Shown here one piece after another: positions 9,509-19,465 of a DNA stretch of 64,000 nucleotides. A program made the translations under genes and the position numbers. The DNA comes from a virus. A model generated the notes under the pieces. The model was given only the letters and a program-made list of their open reading frames with translations. It ran no database searches and was not told where the DNA came from. Location: the IMG/VR virus record IMGVR_UViG_3300042564_006100, positions 39,828 to 103,827 of that record; one strand, 5' to 3'. Positions within the stretch are counted from its first letter, which is position 1, and each line of letters begins with the position of its first letter.

Positions 9509-12500
9509 ATGGAATACGCAACGCATTATCAGACCCCGAGCTACCTTGAAAAGGTGCAGAGCCAGCTTCCGGCTTTGCAGCTGCTCATCGAGATGGGGTG
9601 GGAATACCTGCCGCCGGAAGAATGCAACCGCCTGCGTGGAGACCGGTTAGGAACGGCCATTCTGGAACCGATTCTACTCGACTTCATCCGCAAGAACGGG
9701 CGCTACACCTTCAAGGGACGGGAGCATGTCTTTACCGAGAACGCTGTTGCCAACGCAGTTCAGGTGCTCAAAGCCTTCCGAGCCACCGGTGCAATTCACC
9801 AGAACGAGGAGGCCTACGACCTACTCTGCCTCGGCACCAGTGTGCCACAGACGGTGGATGGTGACACCAAGAGCTTTTCCATTGGCTACATCGACTGGAA
9901 GCACCCGGAGAACAACCGTTATCACTGTACCGCCGAGTTCAAGGTTGAGCGAGTTGGCCTGCAAAAGCACTACATCCCGGACATCATCCTATACGTCAAC
10001 GGCATCCCGCTGGTGGTGATCGAATGCAAGCGGAGCGCCTACAACGACCTCAAGAAACAGCCAATCGATCTGGCGATTGACCAGTTGCGCGGCTACCAGC
10101 AGAAGGATGGCATCCCCCAGGTTTTCCTCTATTCGCAGCTCCTTCTCGCCCTCGCGCGAGACAAGGCGGAATACGGCACCACTGGCACGCCTCGGAAATT
10201 CTGGACGGTGTGGAAGGAAGACGGATTGGACAAATCGATCCTTGAGCTGATCCATCGCCCCATGAAGGAAGGTTCGCCACTCCTCGATGCGCCCTTCCAG
10301 CAGGAAGCTGCTGAGTTTCTAAAACTCCACAACGGGAGACGGGCCATTTATGCGCAGGACCGAGCCCTCTACTCCCTTTGCCGGCCCGAGCGCCTGCTAC
10401 AGCTGACCTACCAGAATATCGTTTACGACAACGGCACCAAGAAGATTGCCCGCTACCAGCAGTTCTTTGCGGTGGCAGACATCTTGAGGCGGATCCGCAG
10501 CGGCGGGTCGTCCGAGCCTAGGGCTGGCGGCGTGGTCTGGCAAACCCAGGGCAGTGGGAAGTCGCTCACCATGGTGATGCTGGCCAAAGCCCTTGCGCTA
10601 GCCCCAGATGTTCTCACACCCAAGGTGATTCTCGTGACCGATCGGATCGACCTGGACGACCAGATCTGCGGCACCTTCCGTGCCTGCGGTCTGGAACCCG
10701 AGCAGGCCAGCACTGGCGAGCATCTCGTCAAACTCATGAACGATGACAAGGCTCACGTCGTAACCACTCTGATCCACAAGTTCGAGGCAGCGACGAAGAA
10801 CCGCGGACTGGCGGAGGTCTCCCGCGATACATTCGTCTTGGTGGATGAAGCCCACCGAAGCAACTACTCAGAGCATCATGCTCGGATGAAAATAGCGCTA
10901 AAGGGGGCCTGCTTCATCGCCTTCACCGGAACGCCGCTGGCGAAGGACGCGAAGAAAAATACCTTTGGCAAGTTTGGCGCTTTGTTCACTCCGCCCTACA
11001 CAATTTCGCAAGCGGTGGCCGACGGAGCGGTGACGCCACTTCTCTACGAGGCCCGACATGTCCCCCAAAACGTCGATCAAGGGCCGATTGACAGTTGGTT
11101 TGAGAAGTTGACGCTTGGATTGAACGAGAAGCAGCGGGCTGACCTGAAGCGAAAGTTTTCCTCCGCGAGGCAATTGAACAAAGCTGAGCAGAAGGTGCGC
11201 ATGGTCGCATGGGATGTCACCCGACACTACGTAACGACCTACCAGGGAACCGGTATGAAGGGCCAGCTGGTGGCTCCCGACAAGGCTACTGCGCTACTCT
11301 ACAAGAGCTTCTTCGATGAGTTTGACCAGGTTAGCACCGAGATCCTGATGTCCGGGCCGAACACCGCTGAGGGCGAGGACGGCAAAAAGAAGGAAGTCTC
11401 CACGCACGAGAAGACGTTCTGGAATCGAATGATGGACCGCTATGGCTCCGAGGATAAATACAACAAGCAGCTGATCAATGCATTCAAGAAGGGTGACGAG
11501 CCAGAGATCATCATCGTGGTCGATAAGCTGCTCACTGGTTTCGACGCACCCTGCAACGCGGTTCTATACCTCGCCAGGACCCTGAAGGGGCACACCCTGC
11601 TGCAGGCCATCGCGCGGGTGAACCGTCTTTTCGATGGCAAAGAATACGGTCTCATTCTTGACTACAGCGGCGTGATAGAGGAACTGGACGAGGCAATTGA
11701 TTTCTACTCTCAACTCGCCGATTTCGATGAATCGGATCTCGCGGAAACCGTGCACACCGTTGAGGAGGAAGCTGCCAAGCTTCCGCAGTATCATTCTGAT
11801 CTCTGGGAACTCTTTGCTGCTCTAAAAGGAAGCGCCGACCCGGAAGTGTTTGCCCAGAGCCTGCGCGATGAAGAAAAGCGCAACCGGTTCTATGAGCGCT
11901 TCAGCCTCTTCGCTCGAACTCTTTCGATGGCGCTGTCATCCACCACTTTTCTGACGAACACGCCGGAGAAAACAGTCCAGCGCTACAAGACAGACCTGAA
12001 GTTCTTCGCCAACCTAAGGGCTGACGTTTCCATCCGATTCCAAGAGCGCATCGATTTCTCCGAGTATGAACCCAAGATCCAGAAGCTGCTCGACACGCAT
12101 GTGGGTGCCGGGGAGATTGTGAAACTTTGCGAACCGATCAACCTGTTTGATGCCAAGGAGCGCCAAGAGGTGCTGGAGGACCAGGGGAAGAGCGCGGAGG
12201 CCAAAGCTGACATGATTGCCTCGGCCACGCAGCGCACAATCGAGAAGGAGATGGAGAAAGATCCCGCATTCTACACCAAGTTCTCGAAGATGCTTCGGGA
12301 CGTGCTGGAGGCTCTCCAACAGAAGCGGATGGAGGCTATCGAGGCGCTGGAGAAAATCAAGGACATCGCAACCAAGGTAGCTACCCACACCGACGACAGC
12401 ATCCCCGAAGAACTCGTAACCCGCGACATGGCTAGACGATACTACGGAGTGATCCGGGAAGAAGTCCGCGAACACAACGCCCAGCCCAAGGCTGCGATCC

Positions 12501-12706
12501 GGATTGCCATGGAGATCCAGAGCCGAATTGGGGATCACAAAATACGGGACTTCCGGGATAATCCCGATGCCCTGAACCGGATGCGGAATGAAATCGACGA
12601 CGTGTTCTTCGAGGTGATCGAGGAGATGGGGCTCGAGATCCCATTGGACGTTCAGGATAAGTTGATCGACAAGTGCATTGAAATCACGATCGCCAATGAG
12701 GACTGA
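9509..12706 (+). CDS. hsdR: Type I RM restriction subunit
   Basis: PDIILYVNGIPLVVIECK, QGSGKS, DEAHR, FTGTP, LLTGFDAP, QAIARVNR. Confidence 0.95.
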   Translation: MEYATHYQTPSYLEKVQSQLPALQLLIEMGWEYLPPEECNRLRGDRLGTAILEPILLDFIRKNGRYTFKGREHVFTENAVANAVQVLKAFRATGAIHQNEEAYDLLCLGTSVPQTVDGDTKSFSIGYIDWKHPENNRYHCTAEFKVERVGLQKHYIPDIILYVNGIPLVVIECKRSAYNDLKKQPIDLAIDQLRGYQQKDGIPQVFLYSQLLLALARDKAEYGTTGTPRKFWTVWKEDGLDKSILELIHRPMKEGSPLLDAPFQQEAAEFLKLHNGRRAIYAQDRALYSLCRPERLLQLTYQNIVYDNGTKKIARYQQFFAVADILRRIRSGGSSEPRAGGVVWQTQGSGKSLTMVMLAKALALAPDVLTPKVILVTDRIDLDDQICGTFRACGLEPEQASTGEHLVKLMNDDKAHVVTTLIHKFEAATKNRGLAEVSRDTFVLVDEAHRSNYSEHHARMKIALKGACFIAFTGTPLAKDAKKNTFGKFGALFTPPYTISQAVADGAVTPLLYEARHVPQNVDQGPIDSWFEKLTLGLNEKQRADLKRKFSSARQLNKAEQKVRMVAWDVTRHYVTTYQGTGMKGQLVAPDKATALLYKSFFDEFDQVSTEILMSGPNTAEGEDGKKKEVSTHEKTFWNRMMDRYGSEDKYNKQLINAFKKGDEPEIIIVVDKLLTGFDAPCNAVLYLARTLKGHTLLQAIARVNRLFDGKEYGLILDYSGVIEELDEAIDFYSQLADFDESDLAETVHTVEEEAAKLPQYHSDLWELFAALKGSADPEVFAQSLRDEEKRNRFYERFSLFARTLSMALSSTTFLTNTPEKTVQRYKTDLKFFANLRADVSIRFQERIDFSEYEPKIQKLLDTHVGAGEIVKLCEPINLFDAKERQEVLEDQGKSAEAKADMIASATQRTIEKEMEKDPAFYTKFSKMLRDVLEALQQKRMEAIEALEKIKDIATKVATHTDDSIPEELVTRDMARRYYGVIREEVREHNAQPKAAIRIAMEIQSRIGDHKIRDFRDNPDALNRMRNEIDDVFFEVIEEMGLEIPLDVQDKLIDKCIEITIANED

Positions 12707-13439
12707 GCCGGCAGAGTGGATACTCGTATATGGCGAGCGGCGCATCCCCTACCAACTTCGATTCTCGGACCGAAAGCGAATGCGCATCGTAGTGAAGCCG
12801 GATCTGAGTGTCATGGTAGATGTGCCGAATGGATTCAACGAGGACGAGGTCAGGGATGCCCTGCGCTCGAAGGCCCGATGGATCGTACGGCAACTTGGCG
12901 AGTTTGAAGACTACCTCCCGCTACCGACACCCTACAAGTTCATCAGTGGCGAAACCTTTGTTTACCTGGGTCGGCAATACCGACTGAAAGTCGAGCAAGG
13001 GGCGAAAGCACCTGCAAAGCTCCGTGGGCGCTTTCTTCATGTCACAGTTCCGGAAAGGGCTGATGATAAAGCGGTTCGCTCTGCCGTTGATTCCTGGTAT
13101 CGTGAGCGGGCAGACGACGTTTTTCGCCGCTACCTCGCAAGTTGCATGACTGTGGCTGGCCGCCACGGGGTGAATGAGCCTTTCCTTACGATCCGGGAAA
13201 TGCGCACTCGGTGGGGGAGCTGTAGCGCTGCTGGCCGAGTGACTCTGAACCTTCGTCTCATCTATGCCCCGGTCCACTGCATCGAGTATGTGGTGATGCA
13301 CGAGCTCTGCCACCTAGTCCACCACGACCACTCGCCGCAGTTCTTTCGACTCCTGACCCGCTGCATGCCCGACTGGAAGAAGCGGCGAGCTGTTCTCAGC
13401 CGCGTGGTTATTCCCATTCAGCCGCCACCAAAAGCCTAA
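12696..13439 (+). CDS. M48/DUF45 (YgjP-like) metallopeptidase
   Basis: RWGSC, YVVMHELCHL..HDHS; typical position after hsdR. Confidence 0.9.
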   Translation: MRTEPAEWILVYGERRIPYQLRFSDRKRMRIVVKPDLSVMVDVPNGFNEDEVRDALRSKARWIVRQLGEFEDYLPLPTPYKFISGETFVYLGRQYRLKVEQGAKAPAKLRGRFLHVTVPERADDKAVRSAVDSWYRERADDVFRRYLASCMTVAGRHGVNEPFLTIREMRTRWGSCSAAGRVTLNLRLIYAPVHCIEYVVMHELCHLVHHDHSPQFFRLLTRCMPDWKKRRAVLSRVVIPIQPPPKA

Positions 13440-13522
13440 ACCTCGCGTGCTTCTCTGATTACGCACCTTTTTTGGGCAAGCATTGCCTTGCGCCCCGCAC
13501 TGGATTCTGCTGAGGTCCGCCC

Positions 13523-13723
13523 ATGGAGTCCAACGGATCAGATTCTCACAACCAGCCCAATGCGGACACATTTTGCGACCCTGTCTCGTTCTCGGGCGGA
13601 TTTCTCGTTGGGGTCAAGCCGCCTCTCTGGTTCACCCCTCACCACATCGTCACGATGATACAGGGAATGGAATCGAGGATTGTTGCCAATCCGCCATTTG
13701 GGGCACCGACACGGGACTGCTGA
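13523..13723 (+). pseudogene. Possible collapsed HsdM-type methyltransferase remnant
   Basis: WFTPHHIV and IVANPPFG only 9 aa apart. Confidence 0.4.
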
Positions 13724-13749
13724 TTTCACCTGATTGGGTTCATGGGCGG

Positions 13750-13900
13750 TCATCCCACCCTCATCCGCTCAATCGCCGCCGCCACATCCACCACCCGGAA
13801 CCGGACGGCCTTGTCCATTTTGAAGTAGGGGATCAGGCCACCCACGCGCCAGTTCGTGAGCTGGCAGTCGCAGGCTTTGAGGTTGCTATGAACGTGGTGG
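13750..13900 (-). pseudogene. Excisionase-like HTH remnant
   Basis: LTNWRVGGLIPYFKMDKAVRFRVVDV with no clear N-terminus. Confidence 0.5.
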
Positions 13901-14331
13901 AGGCTAATCCGTGCGGTTGAGGTTACTACCGAAATGACCTTGATCCGACTCGCCGATCTGGCAGATGTATGACGGATGGAAGAGAACCTGACCAGACATG
14001 CTGACTCCCGGATTCGTGGGAGTGCGGCGGTGCTCGGCAAAGGTTCAAACCCTCTCATGGTCCGGGACAGAATCCCCGGATTCCATGAGAATTCCATGAA
14101 AACCGCCGTGTCGCTAGGCATCGCCCTTCGCCACCGGCAAACAACCAACACGCACAAGAGCCAGTAAATATGAGCAAAAGCAGACAAGCAGGTGGGGTCC
14201 TAACCCCTCCGCCATCTGGTTGCTCAATCGACGCAACTGATACGCCATCAACAACTTGCGAGCCTTCAGAGCAAACCGGGACAGATTTTCCTGACAGTTT
14301 TTCTGACAAGTTGACTCGAAAGCCGGGGTCT

Positions 14332-15660
14332 ATGACCCGGAAACGCAAACGCCGTAGCAGTGTCGTGGAAATCGGCAACGGTCCCGCGAGAATCAAAATC
14401 TACACGATGAACCGTCGGGATGGTTATCCCGAGTTCACGCTTTCATGGAAGGAGGCGGCCAGGCGCAAGACGCGCAGCTTCTCCTCGATGGACGAAGCAC
14501 GGATGATCGCCCAGCAGATCAGCGTCCGTCTGACCAATGGCTGGACGGCCGCCGATGAAGCGACCCGCCGCGACATCGACCTGCTCCGCCACTGCGAGCA
14601 AGTAGCTCGTGAGCATGGAGTCGGTCTTTCCGCCGCGATGGACGAATGGGCCAGCGCACGGAAAGCCGCAGGTGAAATCCCACTGTCCGATGCGGTGCGG
14701 TTCTATCAAGCAAACCGGGCAGATCTATTTGCCGTCCGCACCAACGTCCAGGTAGCCGCCGAGTTCGTCGTGTCGCTGAAACGCAAGGGCGTGAGTGCCA
14801 TCTATGTTCGGAACGCGACTAGCAGCCTCAAGCGGGTCACCGATGCCATGCCGGGAAATATCGCAGATGTCAGCGTGGCCGACATCAACCGGTTCCTCGA
14901 CAGCCTCAAGACGCTTGGGCCGGTCAGCAAGAACGGCATTCGGCGCAACCTCGTTACGATGTTTGGATTCGCCAAGAAACAGGGATACCTCCATCCCGAC
15001 CGGAAAACTGCTGCGGAACAGAGCGACTCGTTCAAGGAGCCTGAGAAGGAGATCGAGATTTTTACGCCGGACGAGATGCGTGACATCCTGCTCGCCGCCC
15101 ACGCCCGCATCCTGCCGCTCATCGCCATCGGCGGATTTTGCGGAATTCGGTCTGCCGAGGTCGAACGCCTCACCTGGCAGGACATCAAATGGGATCGCGG
15201 CCACATCGAGATCGCCGGCCACAAGGCGAAGACGGCGGCGCGGCGACTCGTCCCCCTCCCCGAGAATCTCAAGGCGTGGCTTGCGCCATGGCGTGATGAA
15301 ACCGGCCCTATCCTCACGATCAGCGATGTATCGGGTGCCTTGGGTGATACCGCAGTGAAGGCGAAAATCCCCGGCGGATGGCGTCAGAATGCCCTCAGAC
15401 ACTCGTTCATCAGCTATCGAGTATCACTGACAGGCGACGTAGCTCGAACCTCTCTGGAGGCAGGCAACTCCCCGAAAATGATCTTCCGCCACTATCGGGA
15501 AATCGTGGATGAGGAAGCCGCCCGGACATGGTTCGGGATGACGCCTCCCGATGGCTGGATGCCGACGGGACTCAAGCACAGCCTGCGGGAACGGATGTGG
15601 CGCTTGCTGGCACAAGATGGGACACCGCGTGTTGACAGCGATAACAGTGAGCAATCATGA
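14332..15660 (+). CDS. Tyrosine recombinase/integrase
   Basis: GIRSAEV..L.W.DI, KAKT, NALRHSF.SY, RHY; start MTRKRK 15 nt after TTGACT. Confidence 0.9.
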   Translation: MTRKRKRRSSVVEIGNGPARIKIYTMNRRDGYPEFTLSWKEAARRKTRSFSSMDEARMIAQQISVRLTNGWTAADEATRRDIDLLRHCEQVAREHGVGLSAAMDEWASARKAAGEIPLSDAVRFYQANRADLFAVRTNVQVAAEFVVSLKRKGVSAIYVRNATSSLKRVTDAMPGNIADVSVADINRFLDSLKTLGPVSKNGIRRNLVTMFGFAKKQGYLHPDRKTAAEQSDSFKEPEKEIEIFTPDEMRDILLAAHARILPLIAIGGFCGIRSAEVERLTWQDIKWDRGHIEIAGHKAKTAARRLVPLPENLKAWLAPWRDETGPILTISDVSGALGDTAVKAKIPGGWRQNALRHSFISYRVSLTGDVARTSLEAGNSPKMIFRHYREIVDEEAARTWFGMTPPDGWMPTGLKHSLRERMWRLLAQDGTPRVDSDNSEQS

Positions 15661-15884
15661 AAACACTCACTCACACCACCAACGATCCGGCGACGAAGAA
15701 CGATCCCATTCTGATCAAAAAGAAGGAACTCGCAAAACGGCTCTCAGTCAGCCCCCACACGATTGATGCGTGGGTTCAGCGTCGTGAAATACCGTGCATC
15801 AAAGTGACTCCTCGACTTTATCTCTACGAAGTCGAGGCAGTCATGGACGCCATCCGGAGGAAATACGGAACCAACGCCGCCTGA
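15657..15884 (+). CDS. Excisionase-like HTH protein
   Basis: KKELAKRLSVSPHTIDAWV...IPCIK; ATGA overlap with integrase. Confidence 0.8.
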   Translation: MKTLTHTTNDPATKNDPILIKKKELAKRLSVSPHTIDAWVQRREIPCIKVTPRLYLYEVEAVMDAIRRKYGTNAA

Positions 15885-15895
15885 TTCCTGAACAC

Positions 15896-15933
15896 GAAAA
15901 ACCCCGGACGGTGAAAGCCATCCGGGGTTTTTC
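15896..15933. terminator. Bidirectional intrinsic terminator
   Basis: GAAAAACCCCGGA...TCCGGGGTTTTTC between convergent genes. Confidence 0.85.
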
Positions 15934-15939
15934 ATTGGT

Positions 15940-16128
15940 TCACTTTCGCCTCAGTTTTCGAGCCATGCTGACGAGCGACATGATACCGACGGCCAGACCC
16001 ACAAGTAGAGATGCCACCCGCAAAGTCCATTCGACTTGCTCTTGAAGAGACGTGATTACACCGAGCACCGGAGAAGCGATTCCGACGATGGCCTTGAATG
16101 TGTAGTCGATGTCGATTGGGTGGCGCAT
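15940..16128 (-). CDS. Small two-TM membrane protein (holin-like)
   Basis: Two hydrophobic segments, basic C-terminus RKLRRK. Confidence 0.6.
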   Translation of the reverse strand: MRHPIDIDYTFKAIVGIASPVLGVITSLQEQVEWTLRVASLLVGLAVGIMSLVSMARKLRRK

Positions 16129-16146
16129 GGCGACTGGTGGCCGGTG

Positions 16147-16527
16147 TCAATCGCCCTGCGGCTGATAGGGTCCCTCTCCCACGGTGATGGTGCCATCCGG
16201 ATTCATCGTGAACTCGTGGGTTGGCCGTACGATGTCCGGCAAGACTTCGTCCAGTGCTGCAATGGAGTCGATCACCTCGGTGAGTGCGCCATGCGCCTGT
16301 GCGATACGAACAGCATCGGTGCCGAGAGCGTCCACAGCTTGCTGCGGAGTGAGTCTAGGATGGTGCCAGATTCGGCTAGCGCCCTGCTTTTGGATCTGGC
16401 AGAGCCGTTTGTATCCTTCGCGGGCGTCGGCGAGAACGGCGGCACGAAGCCGCGATGCCTCACGGGCCAAGCTGATTTCCGGCACTTCGGGCGAGGCCGG
16501 GGTGGCGAAGATTTTGGTGTTGCTCAT
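16147..16527 (-). CDS. Hypothetical phage protein
   Basis: 126 aa, ATGA-coupled to upstream gene. Confidence 0.65.
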   Translation of the reverse strand: MSNTKIFATPASPEVPEISLAREASRLRAAVLADAREGYKRLCQIQKQGASRIWHHPRLTPQQAVDALGTDAVRIAQAHGALTEVIDSIAALDEVLPDIVRPTHEFTMNPDGTITVGEGPYQPQGD

Positions 16528-17657
16528 GGTTTTCTATCGGTTCCGGTTTGTTTTAGAATGGCGATCTCACGCGAGACGCCGGGTTGGTTGAATTTGCCGA
16601 TCGAGTCGGCTGCACGGGTGGCGGATCCGCTGAATCCAACCCTTGTCAGTTGGCATCCGGCCCGGTGGAGCAGGTCGCAGGCGAAGGCTCCGGTGGTCAG
16701 GTGGTTGCTGAGCGGCTCTGAAATCCGCCGGATTTCGACGTGCTTACCGCAGATCACGGGGAGTTGATGCCGCAGCCAGTCGCCGGTGCCGTTGTCCCGG
16801 ACAATTACCAGGCGGGCCTTTGCCGCGACTTCCTGCGTCGCCGGGCTGATGCCATGCTGTTGAAGGTGAGGGTTTGCGATCAGGAATAGAACGTCGGCTC
16901 GTCCCCCGTCCCAGCCGTGGCAGTGATTGATCCATGCCACCGGGAACTGTTGAGGGATGGGCAAACCGTCCGGCCGTGCTACGAGTGTGATCGGCCCGCA
17001 AAGGCCGGCGTTGCACAGCGCCGCCACACAGGCAGATGAGTCCGCCTGGCCAAGCGGATTGGTGACCAGCGCGGTTCTGGCCGCACAAAGACACGCCTGC
17101 TCGTATTCCTCTTCGGTGTCGATTTGAAGGCTGTTCAGGTGGCTGTTCGTGACCGGGATGACGTTGGAGAAGTCTCCGACCATTCCCGCAGGAAAGATTG
17201 CCACGCAACCGTCCCACAGGAGTTCCTCTCCGGTGTTCTCGCCACCGATGACGAAACGGTGGACATGCCGCGAGCTGAGGACGGTCGCATCCGGATGCTG
17301 GACCGCTGCTTCAAGACACCGGCGGAGGATGCCGTCGCTCCGGAATGGACTGGTCGGTTGGAGCAGGACGCACTGCCGCCCGGTGGTGCCGGTGGCTTCG
17401 AGCGCATGCCTGATAGAATCAGCGTGCGAGCAGTCTGCGGTGGCCAGGTAATCTGGGCGTTTCACCGCACGCGCACCGTGACGACGGGCGATGTCGAGCA
17501 GTTCCGGAATGTCGGAAGTGACCACCGTTTCGAGTCCCGCTTCGAGAGCGTGAAGGATCGACCACTCCGCGAGCGGACGACCTTCCAGAGGAAGCATATT
17601 CTTGAAGCGGAGCCTCACGCTGCCCGCACGAGCTGTGATGACTGCGACCGGTTTCAT
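16524..17657 (-). CDS. Acylneuraminate cytidylyltransferase (NeuA-like) fused to a sialyltransferase-like domain
   Basis: VITARAGSVRLRFKN, LLQPTSPFR, QIDT; C-terminal LTTG...C....GF; true start 17657 overlaps upstream stop. Confidence 0.8.
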   Translation of the reverse strand: MKPVAVITARAGSVRLRFKNMLPLEGRPLAEWSILHALEAGLETVVTSDIPELLDIARRHGARAVKRPDYLATADCSHADSIRHALEATGTTGRQCVLLQPTSPFRSDGILRRCLEAAVQHPDATVLSSRHVHRFVIGGENTGEELLWDGCVAIFPAGMVGDFSNVIPVTNSHLNSLQIDTEEEYEQACLCAARTALVTNPLGQADSSACVAALCNAGLCGPITLVARPDGLPIPQQFPVAWINHCHGWDGGRADVLFLIANPHLQQHGISPATQEVAAKARLVIVRDNGTGDWLRHQLPVICGKHVEIRRISEPLSNHLTTGAFACDLLHRAGCQLTRVGFSGSATRAADSIGKFNQPGVSREIAILKQTGTDRKP

Positions 17658-18889
17658 ATCATCGGGAGGGTTGCGGTTTTGAGCGTGCCAGCGGCGTTTA
17701 CATAAATTGTCAGGCTCCCGCTGATCGCCGAGTAGGCGAACATCATCATGCCCGGCGGGATGGTGCCTGGGGCGTGATTGAAGACCGCGCCACCATGCAG
17801 GGCCGTCGGGCTGAGTCCGTGGCCGTCGGTGACTGAGAACTGCATGACGTTGGCTCCACCCCACACATGACCACTCAGACGGGGGCCGGTGCTGCCGTAG
17901 GGGGCTACCTCCAGCCGGCCATAGCCGTGCATCGTGTTCGTGTCTCCGGTGACTACCCCGTTGCCAATCGCGATGCAGTTGAGTCCTTCGGTTCGCGCAC
18001 CGAACCCAAGGGCGATGCCGTGGCTGTAGGCCATCGTGTTGTTGCCAATCGCTACCGCTTCCCCATGGCTCACCGATCCGAAACCGACTGAAACTCCGTA
18101 GCCTGTAGCAAGCGCACCAATAAGGGTCGCCGATCCGTGGGCGATGGTGTTATTGCCTACGGCGACCCCATGAGTAGTTACTTGGATGCCATGAATCGCT
18201 TGGAGAGCAGGCAGACGAGTCGCTGGCACAAAACCATGTGCATCCAGTTCGGCATAGCCGTGCGGCATCCCCTTGCGACTGGTCAGTTCGACCAATTGCG
18301 GAAGCTGGCCGACAGGCAGGGTGCCGCTGGAATCCAGCTCGGCATACCCGTACGCCGCACCCTTGCGACTGACCAGTTCGATGGATGTAGCTGCCGGATA
18401 GGCGGGATCGGCGTCGGTGGGCACGCCTTCGGTGCCGCGGTTCACGTCATTCTCGACGACCACAAGAAAGGTGCGCGTGCTGGTCGGTTCACCCGCGCCT
18501 TCGCGCCAGGTGATCTCCCCCATCAAGGTAATTTCGGGAAGCTCCTCTGCCGTGGGTGAGCCGATGTTGAGCGCCGAGTTGAGTTGCAGCGTGTTGAAGC
18601 CGAGAGCGCATTCGTATTTGGGTGTGTCGTCGCCCTCCGATGGCATCGACCAGTCTGCTGTGTGCGCGAGATAGGACCGGTCGAACTGATTGCGCGGCTT
18701 GATACCGATCTGGATTTCCAGAGTGCCCGGATCGCCTATCGTGACAGGTGTAATGCCGTTTAGGAGAAAGGCCACCTGGAGGCGGGCGTAGTCGCCACGT
18801 TTGAAACGGAGGGTGTTGACCGCGCTACGCTGGCCCGGTCCCTGGATAAGTTGGAGCGTTTCAAGATCGACGTGGAGCTTCACGCCCAT
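17654..18889 (-). CDS. Tail fibre/adhesin-like protein with YadA-head-like repeats
   Basis: RKG...GYAELD..G..P...LP twice; GVAVG/AVAIG/IALG/IAIG repeats; start may be GTG 18883. Confidence 0.7.
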   Translation of the reverse strand: MGVKLHVDLETLQLIQGPGQRSAVNTLRFKRGDYARLQVAFLLNGITPVTIGDPGTLEIQIGIKPRNQFDRSYLAHTADWSMPSEGDDTPKYECALGFNTLQLNSALNIGSPTAEELPEITLMGEITWREGAGEPTSTRTFLVVVENDVNRGTEGVPTDADPAYPAATSIELVSRKGAAYGYAELDSSGTLPVGQLPQLVELTSRKGMPHGYAELDAHGFVPATRLPALQAIHGIQVTTHGVAVGNNTIAHGSATLIGALATGYGVSVGFGSVSHGEAVAIGNNTMAYSHGIALGFGARTEGLNCIAIGNGVVTGDTNTMHGYGRLEVAPYGSTGPRLSGHVWGGANVMQFSVTDGHGLSPTALHGGAVFNHAPGTIPPGMMMFAYSAISGSLTIYVNAAGTLKTATLPMI

Positions 18890-18907
18890 GCGTGCCTGTC
18901 AACCGGA

Positions 18908-19465
18908 TCACTTGGCTGGCCATTTGCGCAGCGGGCATGTCTGGGATCTGAAACGTGCCTTGGCATCGACAAAACACCCGCAGCGGGCGCAGGTCCGGTT
19001 CGACCGAAGCTGGTTGCACGATACACAGACGGCAAGCCGTGCGGCCACTTGCTGTGCGGTCAGAGTCGGTTGGCCTTGGACCATGGCCTTGGTTTCCGAA
19101 CCAATCGCCTTGGCCAAGCTGCCAGCCCTCTTGAGCAATCCCGGTGGTGCTGGCTGGTTGGCGTTGGCATGCGCCGATTTCCGCGATTTCACTCCACTCC
19201 GCCAAGATGATGCGCGTGCAGCGATCATGTCGCCGCCATGGGTTGCTAGAGTCGCTTCCACAACCGACAAAGCAGCGTTGAGTTCCTTGATGAAGGCATG
19301 TCCCGCCTGCGACATCATGCCGTTGGGCAGAAACATTCCTTCGCGTTGCACAGCGTGGAATGCCCGATGTGATTTCACCGGCATTGCCGATTTCAGCAAA
19401 ACGCGAAATTGCGGGTCTTCCTGAAACGACTGGAGGCACGAGGGGATGAGGTCTTTCTTGTCCAT
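18908..19465 (-). CDS. Protein with C-terminal Cys cluster (DUF6171-like)
   Basis: RLAVCVSC...CARCGCFVDAKA....CPLRKW; start MDKKD overlaps upstream TAA. Confidence 0.7.
   Translation of the reverse strand: MDKKDLIPSCLQSFQEDPQFRVLLKSAMPVKSHRAFHAVQREGMFLPNGMMSQAGHAFIKELNAALSVVEATLATHGGDMIAARASSWRSGVKSRKSAHANANQPAPPGLLKRAGSLAKAIGSETKAMVQGQPTLTAQQVAARLAVCVSCNQLRSNRTCARCGCFVDAKARFRSQTCPLRKWPAK

Noticed and set aside
14038-14062. GGTTCAAACCCT as a tRNA T-arm
   Set aside because: Stem is imperfect and no acceptor or anticodon arm can be built.
14170-14331. Longer integrase N-terminus
   Set aside because: Covers the repeat-rich att-like region; ATG 14332 fits better.
17658-17864. N-terminal extension of ORF 16524..17864
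   Set aside because: Overlaps the tail fibre in another frame; NeuA motifs begin at ATG 17657.
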